64,000 nt of DNA, taken from the NCBI GenBank assembly GCA_951406725.2, contig OX597836.1:6076001-6140000 (forward strand), read 5' to 3'. Origin of the DNA: Octopus vulgaris. Its lineage: Eukaryota. The translations under genes and the position numbers were made by a program. Under the pieces are notes generated by a model, which worked only from the letters and a program-made list of their open reading frames with translations, made no database searches and was not told where the DNA came from. How positions within the stretch are numbered: the stretch's first letter is position 1; each line of letters begins with the position of its first letter. This document shows, one piece after another, positions 23,747 through 38,575 of this stretch.

Positions 23747-25722
23747 GTAAGAGCTTACTGTCAATACTGCGTGGCGTTCGATTATAAATCAATAAAAGTT
23801 ACATATTAAGTACAGGACATCACCAACGAATGAAAAATATGTAAACACGTATTTTGGTATTTTGTCATGTAATTGTCTCTCGTGTGTTTACTACTTGGCA
23901 ATATCCTATACTTAATGTTTTTTTTAATTATATATATGTGTGTGTGTGTGTGTGTGTATGCATGTCCTTTTTAGTATGTAACTACTGCTCATGCTGGTCT
24001 TCTCTCCGCGTATAAATTTTAATACACTTTTATATTATAAACATATATATATACATATACCCACACTGACATGCGTATATATATATATGTGTGTGTGTGT
24101 TATGGGTTTATATTTATGTGTGTGTGCGTGTGTTGTGTCCGTGTGTCTGTGTGTGTATCAACTAGATGTATTAACAGTTCAGAATATTTTTCAGATTTGG
24201 GAGAAAATCTTCCAATAAAATCGCTAAACAAGTACGTCTTTCGTCAGATCGATGTTTCGGTTGTGTTGTCACCCATCTGTTTGGATTAAGAATTCCTTAC
24301 TATTAACTAAGTTTTGTGAGTTGTGTAAATTATGATCACTGCGTTTTCAATTGTTCACAATACTCTTGATGTTAACCGTCGAACAAACGTACAATGAACT
24401 GCATGCAATTGATTGCATATAAAGTTTTATCCCCTGAAGATATACACTTCTTGTATATGTCTCTCATTTCTCCACCATGAAAACATCAAGTAGCTGCATA
24501 AGACCTTCAATAAATTCTTTCAAAATTTCTCTGTACTCACAATATATCTCATTCCGAATCGACGCTTGAAAAATAACACTACACTTTCGAAATATATTTG
24601 GTATTTAAAAGACAATGTATAGACAATGCAAAGGGCAATGTGAAGCGTTCAGGAAACATTTGAAGATTTTAAAACTTCTGTCGCACAATGGAATTTCACA
24701 TTATTTCGTGCAACAGCCTTATCCGAAAGAAGAAAAGCTATTTCATTTCGACCTTCCACCAATCTTCTCAAAATCTTTCTCAAGTAATTCAAAATGTCCT
24801 CTTCAGATTCACTGATGCACAGTAAATTAAAGCTGAATTTAACGATCACGTGATACACTGATCATCTTTTGTACCGTCTATGGTGTGAATAATTGTTTGA
24901 TAAACTGCATGGACGGCATTGTGGTTTTATAAATGTAATCTTTGTTCGCAACATACTCAGCGAAACATAAAATTATGTTTAAACTGATATACTTGTTAAA
25001 CCATCATCGTCTGATCCAACTTTCTCGGACGTTTTTAAACCGCATACTCAATCCATCTGGTTCTTGTATCAATTGAGAATGGTTTTCAGGACGACAGCAA
25101 GTGTCACTGGTGAGTTGAACTACATACGTTGTGTTCGGATGACCTGCTTCAGTACGGGCTATGCTTTCCCATCCATACCAGCACATGACTTCCCAGCTGT
25201 TGTTTAGCTTACCAGTAATGACCTGCAAATAGTAAACACTTGATTATGCGTAAAGGAATTTTGCAATATGACATGCTCTATATTAAGCTGTAAAAGTGCC
25301 TCTACCGAGAGATAATCGATGGATATGCGGTCCGTGAAGAGTTCTCCTAAATAGAATGTAAACCGATCGAGATTTGTCTCACGGTTCTGCGCACGAAGAG
25401 ATGGTGAAAGTATTTGTTTATATTTGTCAAATTTATTTAATTTATTACTTCAGCGTCGGCTAAGACTTGTACATCGTAATAAAGAATGTGGTGTACATTA
25501 TAGTACTTGTGCAAAGTATATGTGTGTACGCGTGTATTGCTAACTGTGTTTGGGAACCCGTCCATACCTGTCTGTGTATCTGTGTGTGTGTGTGTGGAAT
25601 GCCCTTCATCTGTAATTCTACATGCTGTGATACCTTCTCTAGCGGCTACTTGGTGTGTTCAGGAACCAGCCCAGGCTCCGCTGCTCGCCAGGCCGAGAAG
25701 GATAAACTCTCTGATAGGTATA

Positions 25723-25948
25723 TGGTCGAGCTGACAGAAACGTTAGCACGCCGGGCGAAATGCTCAACGGTATTTCGTCTGCCTCTACGTTCTGAATTCA
25801 GCCGAGATCGACTTTGCCTTTCATCCTTTCGGGGTCGATTAAATAAGTACCAGTTACGTACTGGATTTGATATAATCGACTTAATCCGTTTGTCTGTCCT
25901 TGTTTGTCCCCTCTGTGTTTAGCCCCTTCTGGGTAGTAAAAAAATAGG
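25723..25948 (+). mobile_element. SINE-A, tail 1
   Basis: CGAGCTGACAGAAACGTTAGCACGCCGGGCGAAATGC...TTTAGCCCCTTCTGGGTAGTAAA. Confidence 0.9.
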
Positions 25949-25949
25949 T

Positions 25950-26165
25950 ATGTGGTCAAGTCGGTGACAGTGGCGATATCCGGCGTTCTCGACTCGGCGA
26001 CCACATACCAGCTCGCGGTTATCGGGACGGAGATGGCTATCTGCAAGTGCGAGGACTGTAAGTCAGAACAACTATTTCAGCGCATCTCCTTCGCTATACT
26101 CCGGGGCAACGCATTTTGCATTTTGTCCGCTGCAACCGTGAGGCGGACTGAGGAGCGTTCTTAGA
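25950..26165 (+). mobile_element. CRE-clade-like non-LTR retrotransposon C-terminus (restriction-like endonuclease end)
   Basis: VAISGVLDSATTYQLAVIGTEMA...LFQRISFAILRGNAFCILS matches the CRE-type C-terminal pattern LFQRLSxAxQRGNAxxIL. Confidence 0.65.
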
Positions 26166-26289
26166 TATTTCTTTGCTGTGAGGAAGAGGAAAAAAATGAT
26201 GATTGAGATGGGGAACTTCAACTTTAGAAAACTGTTTCATTTAGCATTACGAGAGAAATACATATCTTACCGGTAAAAATAACACCGAC

Positions 26290-26500
26290 TTATAAGGGCC
26301 GACTTCCATGCCTTATATATTCCCCACCTGAACAGAACACCGGTCCGTCGCAGGATTACTCATCTTTTCCAGCTGAGTGGACTGGTGCAACGTGAAATAA
26401 AATGTTTTGCTCTAGAACAAAACACGTCGCCCGGACCAGGAATCGAGACCACAATCTTACGATCATGAGACCAACACCCTAACCACTAAGCCACGCTCCC
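26290..26500 (-). mobile_element. SINE with C-type head and E-type tail
   Basis: Reverse complement: GCGTGGCTTAGTGGTTAGGGTG...TCGATTCCTGG...AGCAAAACATTTTATTTCACGTTGCACCAGTCCACTCAGCTGG...ATGAGTAATCCTGCGACGGACCGG. Confidence 0.75.
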
Positions 26501-26572
26501 CCAAAATTTTACCGGTAGATTCTACCAAAGCCTGAAACCACTGGCGCCACCCAGTACAGATATTGTTTAAGA

Positions 26573-26992
26573 CAGCGTGTTTGCTGACTTGGTAGGACGC
26601 CAGACAAAAGACTTGTCGTCAGTTGTATTTACGTTTTGAGTTCAAATTTCGCCGAGGGCGACTCTGCTTTTCAACCTTCCGAGTCAATAAAATAAGTACC
26701 AATTGAGTACTGGGGGTCAATGAGATCGATTAGCACCCTGACCCCAAAGTATTAAGCATTGTGCCAATTGTAGAAAGGCTTATTAGGGCGGCAGAATCGT
26801 TAGCGCGCCGGGCAAAATGCCTAGCGACATTTTGTGCGTGTTTACGGGCCGAGTTCAACTTCCGCCGAAGTGAACTTTACCTTTCATCCTTTCGGGGCCA
26901 TTGCAACGAATACCAATTGAGCACTGGAACTGATGTAATCGGCTTACCCCTTCTCCCGGATTGCTGGCTTTGTGCCAAATTTTGAAACCATT
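26573..26992 (+). mobile_element. Two tandem SINE-A copies (tail 2)
   Basis: Two GAGTTCAA(A/C)TT..GCCGA...CTTTCA..AAGTACCAATTGAG...TTGTGCCAA units (26573-26780 and 26785-26992). Confidence 0.8.
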
Positions 26993-27062
26993 ATGAGACA
27001 AATGCAAAACAAATAAACAGAACGACTTCAGTTGGTGTCAAATAATTATTTTTATTTATGCG

Positions 27063-27352
27063 CCCTTTTCAAGCCTAGCTAGGCTCATGGGCCCAGTTTC
27101 CCAGTTTCTGTGGCGTATGGGTTCCCACCAGCTGGACGGGACGCCAATCCATCGAAGCGTTACTCAAGAAACAAGAAGAATGAGTGAGAGAAAGTTCGAG
27201 CAAAAGAGTACAACAGGGGTCGGCACCACCCCCTGCCGGAGCCTCGTGGAGCTTTTAGGCGTTTTCGCTCAATAAACACACACAACGCCCGGTCTGGGAA
27301 TCGAAACCGCGATCCTCCGACCGCGTGGTCTGCTGCCCTAACCACTGGGCCA
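27063..27352 (-). mobile_element. SINE with D-type head and E-type tail
   Basis: Reverse-complement head ATGGCCCAGTGGTTAGGGCAGCAGACCACGCGGTCGG...GGTTTCGATTCCCAGACCGGGCG; tail GAGTAACGCTTCGATGGATTGGCGTCCCGTCCAGCTGG. Confidence 0.8.
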
Positions 27353-27494
27353 TCAAATAATTTAGAAATTATGAACTTGAAGAATTCTTTCCCATTCCTT
27401 GTGGCCGTCTTCGAGATTTTCCCTGTAACTACATACGCAACAATGTACATAATGCGCATATATTTTTCGCAAGTAAACCATCCTCGTCTTCCGT

Positions 27495-27550
27495 TGTTTA
27501 TGTAAACGTCTCAAATATGGAGACGCTGTAACCATGGTTACTATGGAAAC
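27495..27550. promoter_or_regulatory. Candidate RFX X-box pair with adjacent forkhead-like sites
   Basis: GTTACTATGGAAAC (27537-27550) fits X-box GTHNYYATRRNAAC; overlapping perfect palindrome GTAACCATGGTTAC (27528-27541); TGTTTAT and GTAAAC just upstream. Confidence 0.35.
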
Positions 27551-28769
27551 AGCATATACGAAGCTTTGTTTTCTTTTTAAACTTTTATTCCATTCAATTC
27601 TTTTCCCACCCTCCGTCTCCCGCCCCGCTTTTCCACCCTCTTCCTTTCTATTTATTTTAATGATTTACATAATATTTTCTTCCTTCGCTTATTCCTTTGT
27701 GTGCGTATATTTTTTTTTCTTTCATTTTTGCTTCTTTCCCTTCTTCCTGAATTCTCTCTTCTTTTCTTATTTTTTTCCCGGCATCGAATTTGTAAACATT
27801 TGTCTACTGTTTGCCTTTTTTTTGTTTTCTCTTCATTTAATTTCATTCTCCTTTTTTTTTTTTTTTTTTCATTATTATCTCTTATTTTCTTTTAATTCCA
27901 CCTCTCTCTCTCTCTCTCTCTCTTTCCTACCATCTGACACCATTTCTATCTTTCCTCTACTCTCTCCATCTCCCCTTTCGCTCTTCGCTCTTCCTCTTCC
28001 TCTTCCTCTCTCTTCCCGTCTTTCAGCCATGTCTGTCTGGCTGTCACAGTTATCTCACTGTAGGCAAATTGTTAAAGCCTGTGCAATGCTTATGTTAAAC
28101 GTTTCGCTAATCTTAATGCCTCAGATAAGCCGAGGGTGTATGGCTTTCGTTGGTGATATAACGCAACTGTGTATCATGTATTCTCACATATACACACATG
28201 CACATGCAGCATACATCGACTGCATGCACTGATAAATGGATATATACATATATATATATACATACACAAACACACATATAAATACATATATATATACACA
28301 CATACACATATATATATATATATATACACTCATGCACACATCTGTATGCATATACATACGTGCACACATATGCACATGCATTTAACTTTATGATTATGCA
28401 ATTGTATGCATTGTATGCATTGTGTACATACAAATGCAATATTTAGCACAAATTACAGGTGCGTGTGTGCGTGTATATATATATATATATATATGTATAT
28501 GCATATATATATATATATGTGTGTGTAAAGATATATATATATGTATATATAGGGGTTGTGTGTATGTGTATGTGTGTGTATGTGCGTGTGTGGGTTTGTG
28601 TGTGTGTGTGTGTGTGTATCACCCATGTTTCTTTAAATTTCCATCTGTCTGAGCCTAAGAAATACTTTATCTATGAAAGTGTATGATGTCTCTTCATTTA
28701 TAAGCTTGAGGTTACGATTGCTGACACAGAAGCTCTAATATTGTGTGACTTTTATACATTACTTTTCAA

Positions 28770-28814
28770 AATATCTATCTACCGCTCTATTTACCTGCCT
28801 AACTACCTATCTAT

Positions 28815-28846
<32 letters not shown>

Positions 28847-29050
28847 ATATCTATCTAACCATCCATCTGTCTATCTATCTATCGATCGATCTATCTATCT
28901 ATCCATCCTTCTGTCTATGTATCTATCTATCTTTCTACCTACCAGTCTATCTATCCATCCATCCATCATCTATCTATCTATCTTTCGCTCTGTTTACCTA
29001 CGTATCTATCTATCTAACCATCCATCTATCTATCTATCTAACCACATCTG

Positions 29051-29117
<67 letters not shown>

Positions 29118-29560
29118 GACTCGCCTCTCTCAATCTATCTGTATATCTATTTATTTGTCTGTCTATCTATCTATCTATCAATATTTCTATATATTTAACC
29201 AACTTTCTATCTAGCTATCACTCTCAGGATCTGTTTATTTAATCAACTAGGATGGATGGATTGATGGATGGATGGACGGCGTGACAAACTGAAGCACGGA
29301 CGGACGGACGGACGGACAGACGGACGGACGGACGGACAGACGGACGGACGGATGGATGGATGGATGGATGGATGGATGGATCAATGGATCGATGAGTGGA
29401 TAGGTCGATAGATGCTCGATGGATGGACTGATGGATGGATCGATGAATGAATGGGTGATTGATCGATAGATTGGTCGATAGATGAATGGATCGATAGATC
29501 GATGGATCGATCGATGAAACGTTGGATCGGTAGATAGTTGGATGGATGGATGGATGGATG
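28770..29560. repeat. (TATC)n followed by (GGAT/GGAC/GATC)n tetranucleotide tracts
   Basis: Direct reading. Confidence 0.9.
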
Positions 29561-29689
29561 GTTATATATGCATAGTAACCAAACGAAGGATAGCTGGCCG
29601 AAAACTTCGAAGTCACTATCACCCGTCCTTTAGTAAAGTCTAAGTACGATGTCCTCAAAAAAAAAATTGGAGTAATTCTCTTGTGAAAG

Positions 29690-29835
29690 GTTAAATTGTT
29701 AGCTTGCTTACCAAACACATGGTTCACGGTTCGGTCCCACTGCATGGCACCTAGGGCAAGTGTTTCTACTGTAGCGTTGAGCCAACCAAAACCTTGTGAG
29801 TGGATATAGTAGACGGAAAGTGAAAGAAGCCGGTG
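29690..29835 (+). mobile_element. SINE-B 5' half
   Basis: AGCTTGCTTACCAAACACATGGTTCACGGTTCGGTCCCACTGCATGGCACCTAGGGCAAGTG...GACGGAAAGTGAAAGAAGCC. Confidence 0.8.
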
Positions 29836-30047
29836 TATGCTTGTGTACATATATATATATATATACACATATATATGCATGCATGTATGTATGTATATAT
29901 ACTTATATACATAAATATATCAAAACGATTTGTTATGTTACTATTCCACATATACAAAAACAGCCATACCAACAATCCAACATAACTCCATCATCAGCAT
30001 GTGGCTGGAAAGCAAATATATAAATAATATGTGTGTGTATGTATATA

Positions 30048-30188
<141 letters not shown>

Positions 30189-30345
30189 CAATATACACGC
30201 ATATATATAGATATACATACATAAAACTATATATATATATAAATAATATTTGTTGATAGAGATACGGGTAGTCACACAGCTATCCAGATATACAGACAGA
30301 CACATATGCGAACAGACAGACAGACAGATCCAGCGATCGATAGTC

Positions 30346-30471
<126 letters not shown>

Positions 30472-30523
30472 GTAGATAGATGGCTAAACAGATTGATGTA
30501 ATGATAGTTGGACAAGGAGAGAA

Positions 30524-30563
<40 letters not shown>

Positions 30564-31333
30564 ATGGAGCTGTATATGCATTTATAAGAGAGTTAAGCTC
30601 TACGCGTACACTGTGTTCTGCGCCGTACGCAATAACCCTCATGATATAGTTATTTAGGTCACATGTTTCTACACTCACAAGTCTTCACTGTTTGTTCGGA
30701 AAAAGGATATGGCATAGACAAACCGGTCGATTAAGCGGGTGCGTTATGCAATAACTCGTTAGATTCACGAAACAGACCGTAGCTATATTACTTGTTGAAT
30801 GGTATCGCATTATATTCACCTGTACTAGCCAAGTATTGAGTGCTACTGTCTCTTGTATAAATTTAAAATTGTGTGTGTGTGTGTGTGTGCAGAAACGCAT
30901 GAGTGTATGAGTGTGTGTGTGTGTATGCTTGTATGTTTGAATTAGTTCACTTTGAAAAGGTCGTAAGTGATGGACAATTGGTGAAGTTGCAGTAACTAGG
31001 ATACATAATGGCACACGGAGCAATGTGCAGTCGATGGTTGATGGAATAGAAACATATGTCGGTCACTGTTGTATAAATGCTTTAGAAGATATTGTTTGAT
31101 AAAAGGCTTTGGATGTGAATAAATCTCCACTCTCCTCTTCGTTTTCAGTTGTATATATATACATATATATATATATGTAAATTTATATATATATACATAT
31201 ATATATGCCTATATATATATATATATATATATATATACGTATAGTTGTATGTAGATATACGTATGTATATATGCATATATACATACGTATATCTACATAC
31301 ATCTATACGTATATATATATACAGGTATATATA

Positions 31334-31368
<35 letters not shown>

Positions 31369-31445
31369 TTAAACATATGTAACTATAAACATAAATATAA
31401 ATAATATATACATCTATATATATATATGTTTGTGTGTGTATGTAT

Positions 31446-31501
31446 TTGATTGATTCTAGTTTCAGCTTATGAGCTGTGGCCATGCTGGGGCACCGCCATT
31501 T
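31446..31501 (-). mobile_element. Extremely 5'-truncated CR1 copy (terminal ~55 bp only)
   Basis: Reverse complement AAATGGCGGTGCCCCAGCATGGCCACAGCTCATAAGCTGAAACTAGAATCAATCA is nearly identical to the CR1 end at ~55172-55225. Confidence 0.85.
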
Positions 31502-31512
31502 ATGTATATATG

Positions 31513-31559
<47 letters not shown>

Positions 31560-32440
31560 TTAGCAACGCACCCAAACATGCATGTGTGTGTGGCACGTTT
31601 CGTGTACGTGTGCGTGTGCGCTTCTGTGTGTGTGCGTATTTTGTGTGTGTGTGAGTGTGTGTGTGCATGTGTGTTTGTGTGTGTATGAGTGCGTGCGTGC
31701 ATGTGTGTGTATGTGTGTGTGTACAGCATTGTAATCTACGTAACACTTACAAAATGTACTGAAAACTTTTCCAGTGTAAACATTTTCTAAGATGGCCGCT
31801 GAAAAATGATTAGGTTTCGAAATGCGTGGATCGATTTTTACGCCGCGATCAAGGCCAGTCTAATTAGGACGTGTTAGAAGCTAACAAATATTCGCAATCA
31901 AGCTGGAGATGAAATATCGATTGCCTACCATCTGTACTTTTTTTTTTACTCTTTTTCCATTCTTTTCATATTTTTTTTATTTTCTTCTTATTTCATTTTT
32001 TTTCTTGGTTTGTATTGGTTTCCTTGTAATTGTTTTATTTTCTATGTTTTTATTGTAATTTTCATTTGATTTGTATTGTAAAAGTTGCGGAGGTTATTTC
32101 GTTTCGTGTTTCTTTATATTTTTTGTTGTTGTTTTTTCTTTCCTTTCTGATTTTTCTAATTGCTTTTATTTCGTTTTCTTACTCCTCTTATATATATATC
32201 TTTTCATTCGTAATAACATTACATGGCACTTTCTTTATGTATCTTTATAGTGTATCGGTTTAGGTCGGACACGTAGCAATACAGACATGTGTACCTACAG
32301 ATACAAACGCTGAAGCAGACACACACACACACACACACACACACACATTCTTTACAAACATCTATATTTACGTATATACGCATGTATGTCTTCTTATTTA
32401 ACATATAAATATGGGCATATGAATAAATAGATAATGTATA

Positions 32441-32471
<31 letters not shown>

Positions 32472-32762
32472 GTTCGCGTGTATAGATTTACATGTATATA
32501 TGTAAATATATTTGTATGTATGTATGTATGTATATATATATGAGTGCCTAAAATTAATAGATTTATACATACATCAATGATTATATTAGCAATACACATA
32601 CACACTCACACACACATACATATACACATATATATATATATATATAAGTATATATATATATTTATATACACATACAAATAAATAAAAGTACATAAATGTG
32701 TGTGTGCTTCTCTGTATATATGAATATATAAGCCATACACACACACACATATTTATACATAC

Positions 32763-32811
<49 letters not shown>

Positions 32812-32821
32812 TAGATAGATT

Positions 32822-32865
<44 letters not shown>

Positions 32866-34817
32866 CGTATATATACATATAATCACATACACATATGTAT
32901 GGATATATCTATATCTTCACAATGTGAGTGTGTGTGTACATGCATGTTGGGCAAAAGTTATTGAACCAAGAACAATTGTGTTTGCTGTATATCAACTGGT
33001 ATTTATGAATTTTAAATGAAGGGAAACTTGTAAGTAAATACTGTGAAACCATTTGGACGAATATAGGGATGTACCTACCGTTTGATAGACATATTTAAAT
33101 AAAACAGTTATTAATCTTATACTTTGACTATAGTTCTAAATAAAATGGAGCTACTTCCTGATTATCTTTACAAATTCGGCTGATTATACTCGAGATTGCT
33201 CCAATCTGGCCAGCCCCAAGAAAAAACAAACTAAGAGCATTAGATTCCTTGGAAGAAAGCAGCGAATGTATACGAAAACAAGGACGGAAAAAAACGGAGA
33301 ATATTACACAAATACAAATAACAGGACATAACAACAGGTGTCTTTCGACTAAGGACGAATTAAATTAAGCTGGCTTGTGTGGAGGTAAAGCCTTACGGCA
33401 GGGACATTTGAAAGAGATATGTACGTGTGTGTGTGTGTATACAAATATACTCATGCATGCTTATACACACACTCACATATACACACATGCATACATAAAG
33501 ATGCTTTTGCGTATGAACATAGAACTTTAATATAGAACTTTAAAATATAGGAAAGAATGATTACATAGGTATCGACATTTGTCTTGATATTTCGAGTTGC
33601 AAACACCTTTTCAAAGTTTTGAAAGAGGTTAGGGGCATTTAGAACGCTCTTTATTTTCTTGTCCTCTTGACTCACTGTGCGTGTGATAGCGTAACCAAAT
33701 ATCTAACGATGTACGAATACAATTTGTTTCCCAACATCTCTCATTGAGGTTTTCCTCGTGTTCGAAATAGAACTGGGTCAAGTATTATGAGTCATCGCAA
33801 TCATTGTATCTATTAACTCTCATTTCATTCTCACTAACTGTTAATTGTTGATTTATCTATTTTCTAATCAGAATAGTTTCTTTCATAAGCTGGCTGCCGA
33901 TATTGCGATCTATAAATTGAGTAGTATCAGTGATATCTTTATTCAATTTTCTACATTTTTGCGAGATTTGTTTTTTTTTTTATTTTTAAATATTTTTTGA
34001 AAGGTGACGTGTTTGTGTTAAGAAGCCGTTTTGAATTGGATGTGTAGTGGCCAGGTCGTAATACCTATGTGACATACTCCGCATCTGGCACACTGGATCT
34101 CATATGCAATGTAATTATGTTGACGCATGTTTGTATTGCGATGCAGCAGTTTTCCAGCGTGCATATAGGCTTCTGTCGATAAACGGAGCGTGTCTTCGAC
34201 AAATCTTTTGATCTGAAGATTCTGACAAGGCCAGATGTATTTACTGTGCCCGTGCCTTAAGGACGTCAGCGATTAAATTCTCGCTGAAGCGTGACAGCTT
34301 CAGGAAAGAGATTTTGGGAAAAAATCTTGTTTGGTCCCTGGGGAAAACTGGTTACTGATTCTGTGCACCTATTAATAGTTTTCGGGATTTTATGATATGG
34401 ATTGCTCGACCTTATGGTTCGCTACATTTGTTCTCGATACAGGTGAATTCGATTTTTTTATGTCCCCGGCTGTATCACAAACCCAATGAAGTGATCCGTT
34501 GTGGACGAACGGATCTCTCCAGGCAGCTACCAGAAAATACATTGTTTTGATACCATCCCTACCTCTAGGTAGATTTGATGGGTAAATCAAGTAGAGGACG
34601 GAAGCCAATACTGCTATAATGTTGAATACGGAATCCTACGTGGACATCTGACGTTGTAATCCTCTCAATAATTAAAACATTCAGTGTTTGATCTTTCACA
34701 TTGAAAGATCGTTCCACCAATTGTTGCTGAACCACCTGGACAGGTGATTTGTTGATAGTGATCAAATGGTTGTGCTGCACATGAGCTCATTTCCTCCAGC
34801 AAGTCGACGTTACCTGT

Positions 34818-35192
34818 GGAACTCCGTCGGTTACCACGACGAGGGTCCCAGTTGATCCGACCAACGGAACAGCCTGCTCGTGAAATTAACGTGCAAGTGG
34901 CTGAGCACTCCACATACACGTATGCCCTTAACGTAGTTTTCTGGGGAGAGTCAGTGTGAAACAGAGTGGGACAAGGCTGGCCCCTTTGAAATACAGGTAG
35001 AACAGAAACAGAAAGAAAGAGAGAAAGTTGTGGTGAAAGAGTACAGCAGGGTTCACCACCCCACCTACCTACTGGAATCTCGTAGAACTTTAGGTGTTTT
35101 TGCTCGATAAACACTCACGACGCCCAGTCTGGGAATTGAAACCGCGATCCTACGACCGCGAGTCCGCTTCTCTAATCACTGGGCCTTTGTGC
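34818..35192 (-). mobile_element. SINE-D full length
   Basis: Homologous to 19768-20100 over both head and tail. Confidence 0.85.
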
Positions 35193-36347
35193 CTCTGTTG
35201 CCTGTAAAGGTACACAGTGTACCACAGACCAGGTGTTGATGGGATGGCCGAGCTCAAATACGCAAATCAACAGCCGGTCCAGGAAATGAAACCGCGATCG
35301 CGCGATCATGATTACAACATATTAACCACCACGCCATCCGCTCTCACATTGTTTGAATTAATGAATAAATAAAGCTCAAAAGAAAGTTAATGGCAACACA
35401 AATTGTTTCATTAATGTATTGTTAAAAACAACGCATTATATTAACTTTAGCAATGAACAGTAAATTCTAATTTCTGAATAGTCTAGCTTTGCCGTCACTC
35501 GCAAGCGAGTATGGCCAAATGTATTGGACCATATTACGCTCATTGTTTAGCTTACTGAAACATTGATGATTTTTTGAAAAATATTTGTAATGTATTATTT
35601 CACAATCTGAACAATTATTTTTCATTAAGATATATTATACTCGAAATTACATGAACATATACAAGAATATATTCAGGTTAATTAACCTTGAACATATATG
35701 TATAATTCTAATAAAAATATTCTTGCAGCTTAAGGGAAATTATATTTACAGTGGGGGATATAATTTCGTGGAGAAAGTCACAGGCTATATGAAGTCTTTC
35801 GTTTTAATCAAAAGCAGGAATTGTTTGGAAACAACTGAATATTTTCTGTCTCTTTTCGAAGCATTTTATCCAAATTTTAGTGAATTTAAGTATTACATAA
35901 ACGCGAGCGAAATCAGACAGTGCGAAAGTTCTAAATACAAACGAGGTGTAAGCTCAACGAAATGTTTAATAACTTTTGAGGCGTTAAATACACGAAGTTT
36001 CCCAAAGTGAATAACTGTGGAAGTTATTACTTGTTACCTACATGCTTTCGTGTGGCTTTTTAAAATGTTCCATCAACTTGGATTTGAAATATATAGTAGT
36101 TAAAAAGCCGACTGGAGGAATCGTCGGATACGATCAGCTTTTATATATCTAGAACGGGTGAGCCGAAAACTTTTTCATATATACATAGACAGACAGACAG
36201 ATACGTACATACATAGAGAGACACCGACAGACAGAAAGATAGGTAGATAGATAGACAGACCAGCAGATATAGATAGATGGGCACGTACGTACGTGCGTAT
36301 GCATTTATGCATCTATGTATAACACCAATATATATATGTGTGTGTGG

Positions 36348-36380
<33 letters not shown>

Positions 36381-36384
<4 letters not shown>

Positions 36385-36751
36385 TAAAACGCCCACCAGT
36401 CCAATGGACGGTGCTGAGTTGTCAAACGTTTAAACCAAATTTTCTCAAAACAACTTGTCCGACCGTCCCATAGGCCTCCCCTTTCAGAAACACTGATTTA
36501 CCCTAAATTTGAGTCACCAGCAAAAGAAGAATTAAAGATAGACTTTTTTTCTATTCCAAAGAAAAACGATTTCCCACGGCTTTATCGATCGCATTCTCAC
36601 CTAGAATCGATTTTTGTAATTTTTTCAAGACTTATACACGCACTGATACCGTCGGTATCTACATATCAAATTTGAGCGCAATCGGACGGAGGATGCCCGA
36701 GATACTAGAAGCCACACACACACACAGAGACAGAACATATTTTATATAAGA
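36381..36751 (-). mobile_element. Non-autonomous Helitron-like element (family H2), copy 2
   Basis: Minus strand starts A|TCTTATATAAAATATG; homologous to 21938-22290; flanked by (TA)n. Confidence 0.75.
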
Positions 36752-36769
36752 TATCTATCTATCTATCTA

Positions 36770-36819
<50 letters not shown>

Positions 36820-36877
36820 AAAGAGTGTCAGGTAATGCTATATAAGTACTATGGACAGACCGTAGTTAAAATATTGG

Positions 36878-36919
<42 letters not shown>

Positions 36920-37356
36920 GAGATTGCAATAGTGAGGGTGAGAGTGTGGGTGAAATAATATGAAAGTTATTTTAATCGAAAGATAAGACTGGAGCACGAA
37001 GCAGTCCAGAGGTAGGTCAGTGGAGGAAAGAAACGAAGCCGATAACACGCAACACAAATAATATAAAATGCTATAAATGAACGCAAGGAAAAGTTGAGAA
37101 AATTGCAAATCATACGGACAGACAGAAAATAGAAGCAAATGTAAAAGTCGGTTGATTAGTGAGGAATAAAACCAATTGGACAGTATGAACGGCAATTAAT
37201 TAAATCTATATCGTTAATGGTCTGTTGATTAAGCGTTAAGTGTTTTCACCACCTTACTTCATATCTAGTTTGCTCTCCGACTCCCCACCTCTCCTCATCT
37301 ATATTTGTATATCTCTCTCCGCATCTTTCTACACTTCAATCTCATTACTTTTCGTT

Positions 37357-37604
<248 letters not shown>

Positions 37605-37691
37605 CTCACTTCCTCCACCCTATATCCAGTACATATATTATATATATATATATATATATGCACACAAACACACACAAACACACACAAATAT

Positions 37692-37735
<44 letters not shown>

Positions 37736-38282
37736 GTATATAAATCCAAAAACGAAACATATATATATATGTACATATATATGTACATATATATATGCAT
37801 ATATATATATATATATATACCTATATAAGCACACATATATATATATACACACACATGTATATTTAAATTTAAGTAAGCACGCACACACACTGACACACCA
37901 CACATACACCACACACATACACATATAGATAGACAGATAGACACATAGATGCATACATAGAGACACTCTCATATATTTGTAGTGATTTTCCTTCTTTGCC
38001 TTCCTCTCATCCTCCCGTCTTCTCTCATCCCTCTGCCACTCTTATCCTCTCATTGTGCGTGCATCTACCTGTATGCAAGTTTGCTAATTTCTTACTGATA
38101 TTCTTATACATACATGCGAACATACACGCTCATAGACATGCACATAGTAATATATACATAGATAACCATTTACGTATCTATATACATATAAACGTTTATA
38201 TACATATATATATATATATATGGATATTTATATGTATATACATATATATATATAGATAGATAGATATATAGATATACACACG

Positions 38283-38341
<59 letters not shown>

Positions 38342-38544
38342 ACAGATATGCATATATATATATGTACATATACATATAGATGTGTGTGTGTGTGTATGTA
38401 TGTGTGATAGTGTGTCTATATGTACAGGTATATGTGTGTGTGTATGTATTCGGACATCTGCACCTCCAAAAATTATGCATGCGCCATCTTCGTATATTTA
38501 CTCTCTCTCTCTCGCCCCCCCTCTCTCGCTCTCTCTCTCTCTCG

Positions 38545-38575
<31 letters not shown>

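Noticed and set aside
25213-25222. 10-nt minus-strand microexon (TTTGCAG|GTCATTACTG|GTAAGC)
   Set aside because: Poor pyrimidine tract and frame-shifting length; chance occurrence is plausible.
27534-28232. 232-aa hydrophobic ORF and acceptor TTTCAG|CCATG at 28026
   Set aside because: The F/L/S content comes from a T/C-rich tract; no good donor and no recognisable domain.
33850-34810. Microsatellite-free 1-kb island, possible coding relic
   Set aside because: The frames I translated have frequent stops and no motif I recognise.
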